Shown in pieces: positions 49,056 to 57,495 of a stretch of 64,000 bases of DNA. A model generated the notes under the pieces. That model was not told the DNA's origin and did not search any database. It saw only the letters and a list, made by a program, of their open reading frames with translations. This DNA comes from a virus. The stretch's first letter is position 1; every line of letters starts with the position of its first letter. Location: positions 1-64,000 of IMG/VR virus record IMGVR_UViG_3300028874_000370, one strand, 5' to 3'. Position numbers and translations under genes: made by a program.

Positions 49056-49472
49056 TTAATCCGCTAGCAACTTTAGCCTCATGTTCTGTTTGGTTTGCTG
49101 TACTATGCCAATCTTAAACATATCTGGAAGATGTTGATATGCGATTTTTATAATTTCCATCATGTAAACTGATGCATGAAAATTATGTGCGCCTAATAAA
49201 ATATTTTTTTCGTAGTAAAATATCGCATACCAAAGAGCAAATAAACATTCAATTGTCGTCTTACCAAACATTCTTGGAGCCTCAATGATAGCATTTCCTT
49301 CTTGCATTGCACGAATCATTGCTATATGAGAGTCATTCAAATTAATAAAATCTAAACCTTTATCTCTATTTACTATTTTGCAATACTTTGAAATGAAGTG
49401 AACTGGGTCAGCTTGACATTTGCGAAGCTCATTTATTGGCAGTCTTGTGTATTCTATATTTTCCATAAACAA
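49056..49472 (-). pseudogene. truncated terminase N-terminal paralog
   Basis: KCQADPVHF, APRMFGKT, IKIAYQHLP; stops before Walker B. Confidence 0.6.
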
Positions 49473-49512
49473 TCCTTAAAAAGATTATTTATGGATCCTG
49501 AAAGACATCAGT

Positions 49513-50223
49513 TTATTCTGCTGATTCACCAAACTTTTGTTTCTTAAGTTGTTTTAACGAATCAACTAGATTTTTTAAGAATGCTGTAATTTCATCGATA
49601 GTATCTTCACAAGCTTTCCAATTTTTGTCAAGTGTTTTTGTTGACTCGCCTGCTGTTTTCATTTTTTCTAGTCTATGAGACATGACTAGATTGTCTGTAG
49701 ATGGAGAAATCGAATCAGCTTCCGTTTTTACCTTGTCGTATTGTTCTTTTAATTCATCTACTAATTTCGATAAAATTAATTCCGGATCATTAATTTTTAC
49801 AGTCTTTAACCAATACTCTAACAGGCCGTGAGCATCATGTCTTTCAGAAACATCAATAACAGTTGATAGATCAGAAAGCATTTTGTCAATTCTAAATTCT
49901 GCTCTATCTACTTTAGGTAGATATTTGCTTAGTAATGATTTGATAAAATCTTCTAGATATGCTTCTAATGCTTTTTCTATAGAACCTTTATCTGAGTATT
50001 TGCTAAATCCTTTTAATGCTAAAGATTTTGGCATATCGCCATCATTGTAATAACGATAGTATGCTCTAAAGATCGAATCCTTTTTAGCCTTTTCGCCCTT
50101 TGTAAGAATGTCTTTGTCATACATCCATGCTAAAAGCGCATCAATCTTTTTCAATTTGCCTTCCCAAGCTCTTCCAGCCGTTGAAGCTTCATTCAACAAC
50201 AATAATTCTTTAACTAATTCCAT
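49513..50223 (-). CDS. hypothetical helical protein
   Basis: start MELVKELLLLNE; RAYYRYYNDGD motif. Confidence 0.65.
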   Translation of the reverse strand: MELVKELLLLNEASTAGRAWEGKLKKIDALLAWMYDKDILTKGEKAKKDSIFRAYYRYYNDGDMPKSLALKGFSKYSDKGSIEKALEAYLEDFIKSLLSKYLPKVDRAEFRIDKMLSDLSTVIDVSERHDAHGLLEYWLKTVKINDPELILSKLVDELKEQYDKVKTEADSISPSTDNLVMSHRLEKMKTAGESTKTLDKNWKACEDTIDEITAFLKNLVDSLKQLKKQKFGESAE

Positions 50224-50272
50224 TTTATAAAAAAAAGATGTAAAAATGATACTTAAGTGTAATTGATACAAA

Positions 50273-50713
50273 TTAATGCCAGTATTCCATGTCGTTAATC
50301 TGACTCAATGTAAAATGAATACTCTGTTCAAGCAGCAAGCTTAGCATTTCTTCAATGACCTTAAGTTTATCGTGCATCAGTTTGTTCATGATTTCAAACT
50401 GTTCATCAGTATAAATAGTGCGTTTTGGAGCTTGCCCATAGGGCACCTCAAATGCCTCTCCAGTTTGTCCATTAAATGTCACCCCATAAATAATATCGGG
50501 GGTCATGATGGTCGCCAGTTTTTCCTGTTCACGTTTAAGTTCACGCCGCAATGCCTTAGTCATTTTGGCAGCAATGGCGGGATGTTTGGAATTATCAAAA
50601 ATAACTTCAAAGGCATCTTGAAGATCGAGCAGTTTGCCTGAAAAAAGTGCAGTTTTTTCAACCTTCGCCGGTTGAGCCAGAACACCACTAAACTGGTAAC
50701 GATGAATGCTCAT
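50273..50713 (-). CDS. hypothetical protein
   Basis: 146 aa, GAGG SD. Confidence 0.6.
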   Translation of the reverse strand: MSIHRYQFSGVLAQPAKVEKTALFSGKLLDLQDAFEVIFDNSKHPAIAAKMTKALRRELKREQEKLATIMTPDIIYGVTFNGQTGEAFEVPYGQAPKRTIYTDEQFEIMNKLMHDKLKVIEEMLSLLLEQSIHFTLSQINDMEYWH

Positions 50714-50786
50714 GTGTGCCTCTATAAATCAAATGGAATAGTCCATTATACCATACATATAGCAATGTATCATGATAAAAAATAAA

Positions 50787-50814
50787 AAAGCCTGCAATGA
50801 GAATTGCAGGCTTT
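50787..50814 (-). terminator. intrinsic terminator
   Basis: AAAGCCTGCAAT/ATTGCAGGCTTT with T run on the minus strand. Confidence 0.75.
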
Positions 50815-51463
50815 AGTTCATATAAAAATTTTTTAAATGCTTAAAAAAATTAGACTCATAAAAGTTACACTCAAATCCATTGAATTCCTGAATTTTGAAA
50901 ACCACAGTTTGTCCTAGTATAAGGCTACTTAGTTTTTCAACCAGTTCAAGTTTGGCACTCAGTGCATCATGTTTTTCCTGCATTTGTTCAAAACTATAAA
51001 TCGTGGGAGCAGGGCTATAATCATCTTTAATATTCCACACACCACTTACACCATTAAGGCAATCACACAATTCATTTTGATTACTGATAATGCTGCGCAC
51101 CTTCCATGAATCTTTTTGCAATTCATTTAAAGTAGTATCACTCACCAGAGTCTTGATTTTATCATGCTCTGCATTGTCAAGATAGGCAACCTCGCCAATT
51201 GCTCCAAGTGTCCGGCCAGTTGTAGCATCAACATGAACCATGATCTTACCATCACCCATATCAGTGATCTTAATATCCTCATATCCGGGAATTTTCATAC
51301 TAACATCACCAGAGGTAATTGCAGTTTTGCGACTAGGACCCCATCCGTTACCAGTAGCCTTTTCTATAGCCAATGGCCAATTTGGAAGCTCCATTTTTTT
51401 CATATATTCAGATGCGGTTTTTACATCTTTGAACATGAGGTGGGTTGGATGTTCTTCAGCCAT
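50813..51463 (-). CDS. hypothetical protein; frame stays open upstream to about 51616
   Basis: 216 aa ORF; upstream in-frame codons lack ATG. Confidence 0.6.
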   Translation of the reverse strand: MAEEHPTHLMFKDVKTASEYMKKMELPNWPLAIEKATGNGWGPSRKTAITSGDVSMKIPGYEDIKITDMGDGKIMVHVDATTGRTLGAIGEVAYLDNAEHDKIKTLVSDTTLNELQKDSWKVRSIISNQNELCDCLNGVSGVWNIKDDYSPAPTIYSFEQMQEKHDALSAKLELVEKLSSLILGQTVVFKIQEFNGFECNFYESNFFKHLKNFYMN

Positions 51464-52235
51464 CTTAGCTAATTTTTCTTTGGCTTGTTTCTGTAGCTTA
51501 GTTAGGACATCTTTAGAAAATTCATGATCATTCTTAATATCATATATTTCCCCAAGAACTATTCTGGCCTTGTACTCACCGCTCTTAGCCCAACTCGACC
51601 ATATGGTCGAGTTGCTTCAGATAATATTTCTGTTACTTTAATTTATGTTTAATTTATGTTTCTTTTATTTATTAGTATTTTCGGGATAGCCGAGCTTCTT
51701 CTCTATCACCTATAATAGAAAGAATATAGGATGAAAAAGTTCAGAATCAAAAAGATTCTGCTACGAAATTCTATTGACAAAATGGTCTGTGGTGAATAGT
51801 CGTAAAGCGGACGACAGTATATTTCGACTTACCGAAGGTCGAATTTTGGCCGCCAATTATCAGCAGTGGAACGTACCACAATGAATACCCGTTAGGGAAG
51901 GATTTAAAGAGTTTTGCTGTTTATTTCTGATGCGCTTACATCAGTGTGCCCCGAAGCTCGGATGACTTTAGTTTTTATAATGTCGAGAGGGCCGCCATAA
52001 TTTACTATTACTAGTGTGCTAAGGCCTGTAGCACATACGCTTTCATACTCCACGCACGCACATATTGAACGTCTTAATTAAAGGGTTGGAGTCCCTAAAA
52101 AATTTCTTAAATTAAGATCATGAAAGAAAGATCACAAACAGAAGTGTTACAAAAATGCAGAGATACAAATTCGATATCATAAATTTATTATTTTAATTAT
52201 GTGAATATTATAACACAAAAGGTATTTTACGTTTG

Positions 52236-52661
52236 TTATTTTTCTAAGATGGCCAAGAGTTTTCTGTATGTTGCTTTATCATGTGGTTGGCCATGCCCAT
52301 CACCGCCGCCAACAGCAGATTCATGGCCAGCATCGTCTTCATATGTGCTTGTATGAAAATTAGAGCCTTTATTGAATTTGACTGGTTGGTATTCATATTT
52401 GTCATTCAGTTCGCCTTGCCCATCATAGAGTTTGCCATTATACTTGACTACGATATGAGCTAAGTTTTCATCTTCATCATCACTTAGAATTCCATAGTAC
52501 TCGAACTCAGAATTAAGGAGATGATACATGAATGCGGCATCTCCACATTCTCCACCATCTAAAGAATTACCAGTTTCTTTATACAATTGAGTGAAAGCTG
52601 CAATAACTTGTTCTGGAGGATATTGTTTACTTTCACTCAAAAATTGTTTAAATGTTTTCAT
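52236..52661 (-). CDS. papain/transglutaminase-like fold protein with capsid-targeting-like N-terminus
   Basis: MKTFKQFLSE; GGECGDAA..AHIVV..LYDGQG (Cys-His-Asp order). Confidence 0.5.
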   Translation of the reverse strand: MKTFKQFLSESKQYPPEQVIAAFTQLYKETGNSLDGGECGDAAFMYHLLNSEFEYYGILSDDEDENLAHIVVKYNGKLYDGQGELNDKYEYQPVKFNKGSNFHTSTYEDDAGHESAVGGGDGHGQPHDKATYRKLLAILEK

Positions 52662-52671
52662 ATTGATACTT

Positions 52672-53127
52672 TCATTGGTTGGCGTAGCTCTTAGCAAGTT
52701 CAGCAATACTTTCTTCTAATTTTTTATTAGCTTCGTCGGAAGTATGTATGACTTCAAGTAATTTTTGTTTGGCTACATTAGTAAAAGCAATACTCATTTT
52801 AGATAATACAGCAGTCACTTCTTTTATTTTGTTGTTCATTAAATCTCTATGAGTAGATCTTAATTCTGCTAAAGATTCACTATTAAACTTTTTTCTAGTT
52901 TCTTCAAGTTCTTTATCCGAAGCACCATTATGCTTCATAATTCTTTCCAATTCTTTCCAATTTTTATCTCTAGAGTCAACATATACATCAAATGTATCTT
53001 TAAATGGATGTTCTATTTCTGTTGGAAGTTCACTACCAAATCTTAATGTAATATTGTCCATGGAAGAAAATATTGTTAAGGGGCTAGTTCCATATGTATT
53101 AACTTTAAATGCTTTGTTTTCACTCAT
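52672..53127 (-). CDS. hypothetical coiled-coil protein
   Basis: 151 aa, GAGG SD. Confidence 0.6.
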   Translation of the reverse strand: MSENKAFKVNTYGTSPLTIFSSMDNITLRFGSELPTEIEHPFKDTFDVYVDSRDKNWKELERIMKHNGASDKELEETRKKFNSESLAELRSTHRDLMNNKIKEVTAVLSKMSIAFTNVAKQKLLEVIHTSDEANKKLEESIAELAKSYANQ

Positions 53128-54305
53128 TATACTTCCTCTATTTGTACAACTTTAGCTTTACTTGCATCTATTAAAATTTCTTTTTCATTGTAAGCAGTAC
53201 CAAGTATATATGTTACTAATACAATCGAATTAAAATCAACTTCATATTCAATTAGATAACCAAGTTCAGAACGTCGTACTGAATCTAGATGTCCTTTTTG
53301 AAGAGCAAAATTCATTGCAGCATGTTTACTTGGCGAGGTAGCAACAACTTTTTCTTTTTTATCTAATAATACTGCTTTGGCTGATGAAATGGTACGTTCG
53401 TCTTTATCAGCCGGAACTCCACGATAAACTGTTTTAATTTTCTTTTTAGCCTTATTATTAGCATCCCGGATTTCAGGATGATCTTCAATATAAGACATAA
53501 TTTTAGGAATCAAGGTCTTATTATTTGATTGAAGATAATTTTGAACTAGATCCATTAATGTTTTATATGAATCACTACCTGCTTTAGATAACATTAAATA
53601 TTTTCTAAATTCATCATTACTATCAATTCGTTTTGGCTTATCAGTGGTTGACAAATTGAGCATAAATGCGATAAGATATTTTAGATTTTCAGCCATCTTA
53701 TTAACTGGGAAATTTGTGTATGTAAAAATATCACTTGTGAAATCAAGTTCGATAATCTTTTTATACATATTGCCATCAATGATATCTATAATATCTGTTG
53801 ATCCACCACTAAAGAAACCCATATTCTCTCTAGTGAAAGTTTGTTTCATTTGGCGTTTTGCTTTCTCGTTGACATCTACGTGTGCATCTATTTGATCTAA
53901 TAGTGCACCTAATGCAGTCGAAACATCATGAACTTTATCTAAATCTCCAGCTAACATAGCAGCAAGAATATCATCTGAATGTTTATTCATCTTAGTTCGA
54001 TGCTTAACCATATTCTCACGAGCTTGTCCCATCTTACCAAATGCAGAAATACAGTCTTCTAGTTCTTTGATAGCATGGTCCATAAATGTGAAACGTTTGA
54101 ATTTTTTAAGGGACCTAATTAATTCTTTAACATGTTGATCGGTCCATGATTCTTTTGATTTATCACCAACAATATAATCATGGATAACTGAACATAGACC
54201 TTGGAATTCTTGAGCTAGTTTAGCTTCCATTTTATTTAATGGACGAGCTAGGACTGTCATAATTTCTTTAGATTCGGCAAGGAGAAAAATATCTGATACT
54301 TTCAT
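53127..54305 (-). CDS. ADP-ribosyltransferase (R-S-E clade, Alt/Mod-like)
   Basis: C-terminal VYRGV, ATS..AAMNFA, NEKEIL; start MKVSDIFLLAE with ATAAATA at 54331-54337. Confidence 0.65.
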   Translation of the reverse strand: MKVSDIFLLAESKEIMTVLARPLNKMEAKLAQEFQGLCSVIHDYIVGDKSKESWTDQHVKELIRSLKKFKRFTFMDHAIKELEDCISAFGKMGQARENMVKHRTKMNKHSDDILAAMLAGDLDKVHDVSTALGALLDQIDAHVDVNEKAKRQMKQTFTRENMGFFSGGSTDIIDIIDGNMYKKIIELDFTSDIFTYTNFPVNKMAENLKYLIAFMLNLSTTDKPKRIDSNDEFRKYLMLSKAGSDSYKTLMDLVQNYLQSNNKTLIPKIMSYIEDHPEIRDANNKAKKKIKTVYRGVPADKDERTISSAKAVLLDKKEKVVATSPSKHAAMNFALQKGHLDSVRRSELGYLIEYEVDFNSIVLVTYILGTAYNEKEILIDASKAKVVQIEEV

Positions 54306-54333
54306 TGGCGTATTATTATAGTGTGCCAAGTAT

Positions 54334-55449
54334 TTATCGTATAGCAAAAAGAAATCTTTTCAAATCTTGTTCAGAGGGTTCACATTTAAATTCCATAGCA
54401 TGATTTCTAACATCAGTTAATAACAATCTAACTTGTCTTTCAGTAGGAAATAATCCAAGCAACTCATAGGCTTTACGAATACCCTGAGACCCAGAATGCT
54501 TACCAAGTACTATCGAATGTGTCCGGCCAAGTTCAGCCGGATCGAATCCTTGATATGTCAAAATATTCTTAGCCAAACCATCAGTATGAATTCCAGCCTC
54601 GTGAGAAAAGACTCCAGCACCTACAATGCTCTTATTAGTCGCTACACTGCGCCCTGAGGCTTTCTCGACGAGCCGTGATATACCAAGTAAGGCTTTTGGA
54701 TCGATCCCACTATCGGTGTTATAGAGATGCTTAACGCCCATGACTATTTCTTCTAGTGCAGCATTACCGGCACGCTCGCCAAGTCCATTTACTGTGGTAT
54801 TAGCATGAGTAGCTCCAGCTTTTAAAGCTGCCAAGGTATTTGCTGTTGCTAATCCAAGATCATCATGAGCATGAATTTCAAGCTCAATATCAACAATCTC
54901 TAATATTCTAGAAATACTTTCATAGGTAGAAAATGGATCTAAAACACCTAGAGTATCAGCAAACCGAATTCTGGAAGCTCCAACCTGTTGAGCTCGTTTA
55001 GCAACCTTGATTAAAAATGAAAGATCTGCTCTTGATGAATCTTCAAGACCTAGGGATATTTTATATCCTGTCTTGACTGCTTTACCAATAACCCTGGTAA
55101 TTTCATCAAGAACCCATTCTCTAGATTGTCTGAGTTTATATTGGAGATGAATATCCGATACAGGAATAGAAAGATGGATAATGTCTGGTGTACATTGTAA
55201 TGCCGCATTAAGATCCGAATCTGTTAGACGACCCCAGACCATTAATTTGGAATTGAGATTTAATGAAGTGATAGCTTGAATACATTCAATCTCATCGTCG
55301 CCCATAATAGGAATTCCTATTTCTAATTCTGGAACTCCAGCATCAGATAAAGCTTGAGCTATATCACATTTTTCTTTTGTTGTGAAGGCTACACCAGCAG
55401 TTTGTTCACCATCACGAAGAGTTGTATCATTAATAATTGGATTTTGCAT
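54334..55449 (-). CDS. nifV: homocitrate synthase (NifV-like, DRE-TIM family)
   Basis: [74 protein letters not shown]; no LeuA regulatory domain. Confidence 0.85.
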   Translation of the reverse strand: MQNPIINDTTLRDGEQTAGVAFTTKEKCDIAQALSDAGVPELEIGIPIMGDDEIECIQAITSLNLNSKLMVWGRLTDSDLNAALQCTPDIIHLSIPVSDIHLQYKLRQSREWVLDEITRVIGKAVKTGYKISLGLEDSSRADLSFLIKVAKRAQQVGASRIRFADTLGVLDPFSTYESISRILEIVDIELEIHAHDDLGLATANTLAALKAGATHANTTVNGLGERAGNAALEEIVMGVKHLYNTDSGIDPKALLGISRLVEKASGRSVATNKSIVGAGVFSHEAGIHTDGLAKNILTYQGFDPAELGRTHSIVLGKHSGSQGIRKAYELLGLFPTERQVRLLLTDVRNHAMEFKCEPSEQDLKRFLFAIR

Positions 55450-55486
55450 AACTTGTATTGTAAGTATATGCAATATTTATATGCCC

Positions 55487-55514
55487 GAAAAGAGACCTGA
55501 TCAGGTCTCTTTTC
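55487..55514. terminator. terminator (28 bp perfect palindrome) just upstream of TATAAATA (55474-55481)
   Basis: GAAAAGAGACCTGA/TCAGGTCTCTTTTC. Confidence 0.7.
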
Positions 55515-55549
55515 TAGAAATTATTCTGGCTTTCAACAAACAAAGATCA

Positions 55550-55909
55550 TTATTGATTGACGAATTCATTCAGAAAATCAACAATCAACATACTAAGGCT
55601 GCGTGGCCGATTAGAGATGAACGCAATGCCGCGCTGTTTCAAATGTGTTTGTAATGCAATACCATTCGCATCATCGGTAACACCGCCGCTGCTCATCATT
55701 TTGAGGTACACCATCTTTTTTGTATAATCTTCTTCATCTTCATCATAATCAATTTCGATAGATGGGTGGCGTCCAGGCGGTTTGTGGGTCAAAATCATCC
55801 CAGGCAATGCCATAATCGATTTTTCTGCTTGAGCCCATATCGGCTCAGCTTTTTCAGATTCGACTAAAACATCAAATTCTTTAACTGTAAGATTCGTTTT
55901 ATTTGACAT
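55550..55909 (-). CDS. hypothetical protein
   Basis: 119 aa with upstream TATAAT promoter. Confidence 0.6.
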   Translation of the reverse strand: MSNKTNLTVKEFDVLVESEKAEPIWAQAEKSIMALPGMILTHKPPGRHPSIEIDYDEDEEDYTKKMVYLKMMSSGGVTDDANGIALQTHLKQRGIAFISNRPRSLSMLIVDFLNEFVNQ

Positions 55910-55969
55910 GATATTTCCAGGATTGTTGATGTTGATTCATTATATACTATATCTTGAAAAAGTAAAACT

Positions 55970-56401
55970 TTATTTTGTGTCATCCCATTTAGACAAGATG
56001 TCTTTAATATCATTAGCATAAGCTTCACGTTTGTCTGGGGTTTCGGAATGATATGCACCAACTGCGGCCCAAGTATTCCCGTGTTTTACCATCTTTTGTT
56101 TAAGAAGCCAAGCCGCAACATAGACATTGGTGCACTCATTATACAGTTGATCTGATTTAATACCATACTCAGAAAGTTCTGAGAAATGAATTGAATTAAT
56201 CTGGGATATACCAATGTCGACTGAGCCATCATCATTTTTATGAATGGCATCAGGTTTATTATGGGATTCTTTCCATGCAATAGCTTTCAGTAAAAGCTGA
56301 TTGACATGTTGATAATTAGCTGCCTCTTCAAAGCAATCGGCATTTGAAGAGGCACTAAATAATAGACAGAATAAAGTAATACAAATTTTCAGGCAGTCCA
56401 T
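55970..56401 (-). CDS. secreted soluble lytic transglycosylase (IagB/EtgA-like SLT)
   Basis: signal peptide, CFEEAA, AIAWKES, DIGISQINS, AVGAYHS. Confidence 0.85.
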   Translation of the reverse strand: MDCLKICITLFCLLFSASSNADCFEEAANYQHVNQLLLKAIAWKESHNKPDAIHKNDDGSVDIGISQINSIHFSELSEYGIKSDQLYNECTNVYVAAWLLKQKMVKHGNTWAAVGAYHSETPDKREAYANDIKDILSKWDDTK

Positions 56402-56468
56402 GATAAACACCTTTAAATAAGTCAACCATACTTTATCTTACCAAAAACTTTTAAAAACGAAACTGGAA

Positions 56469-57206
56469 TTATTTCTTTTCGGCGCGGTTGAGATTTTCCA
56501 TTGCATCCCAGAGTGCATCGCCCCACCGAATTAGGCCATTCCATTCACAATACTCGCGAAATGCTTTTTGTGGATCCATATCTGCAATAGCCTCGAGCGA
56601 GTGGCCTCGCTCTTGCAGATCACTGATAATTTGTTTCGGGATGTGAGCAATATTGAGTGCCATGATTTCACTTCCTTATTTAGCTTTTCGACCTGTTATA
56701 GCTACGTAAGTTTCCTTACTTGTATTGAGTCCATAGAACGGAGTCATAATGATTTCATGATCTGCCGGATATCCAGCATCAACCACCATTTGGCGCGCTT
56801 CTTGAACAGTATCGCCAGTCGCCATACCGATCCACCAATCATTCCGCCATAGATCAAAAGTCAGCTTTGACAGTTCAACCCATTCAACCCGGCCACTTTC
56901 GGCTTCTTCTGTTATAACGCCTTGAGATGCAATACTCATGATTTTATTTCCTTATTTAGCAACAGTTGTTGGGAGTGCACTAGCACCTTTCCACTTGCAC
57001 ACTATTTGACGAGTCCCAGTCATCACGATGTCACGAGTAATGCTGCTGATTGCTCCAGATGGAGTGAATAGTATCCAGTCCGGATATACATTGTTTTTAA
57101 TCACCAAATCTCCATCCCAACACGTGAAGTGAAAGTTCATCGCTCCTTCCTTCTTGAGCTTACGAATTTGAGCAATGAAGGCTTTCTGTTCGGTGGTCAG
57201 TTTCAT
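56469..57206 (-). CDS. three small hypothetical proteins (56469-56663, 56676-56939, 56952-57206)
   Basis: each with (A)GGAA SD, downstream of TGTTATAAT at about 57238-57246. Confidence 0.6.
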
Positions 57207-57291
57207 GATTTACTTCCAAGTTCGTTACGTTAGAATCATTATAACATAAACTTAAAGAATGTGTAGGAAAAAGTGTAACAAAAAAGGAGAC

Positions 57292-57435
57292 TCATTGCGA
57301 GTCTGGATCAATGTCCGCGCCTTTGTGCAAGATGTCAACGCATACCTTTATTGCGCCGGCATTACCATTTGCCATTTTCAAAATAGCATCCATTGCACTA
57401 TCTTCTAGCATAATACGAGTTTTGGCCATTTGCAT
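57292..57435 (-). pseudogene. 47-codon ORF running into a half-deleted terminator
   Basis: MQMAKTRIMLEDSAMDAILKMANGNAGAIKVCVDILHKGADIDPDSQ*, AGGAA SD. Confidence 0.5.
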
Positions 57436-57495
57436 TTCCTATTTTTTAATTTTGGAAATGCAATTATACACAAATCACACTCCTAAAAACTAGAA

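Noticed and set aside
51880-51965. tmRNA or hammerhead ribozyme (GGGGC.., AUAAACAGCAAAA, CUGAUG)
   Set aside because: No tRNA-like acceptor/T arm, no tag ending in AA-stop, and no complete CUGANGA/GAAA core
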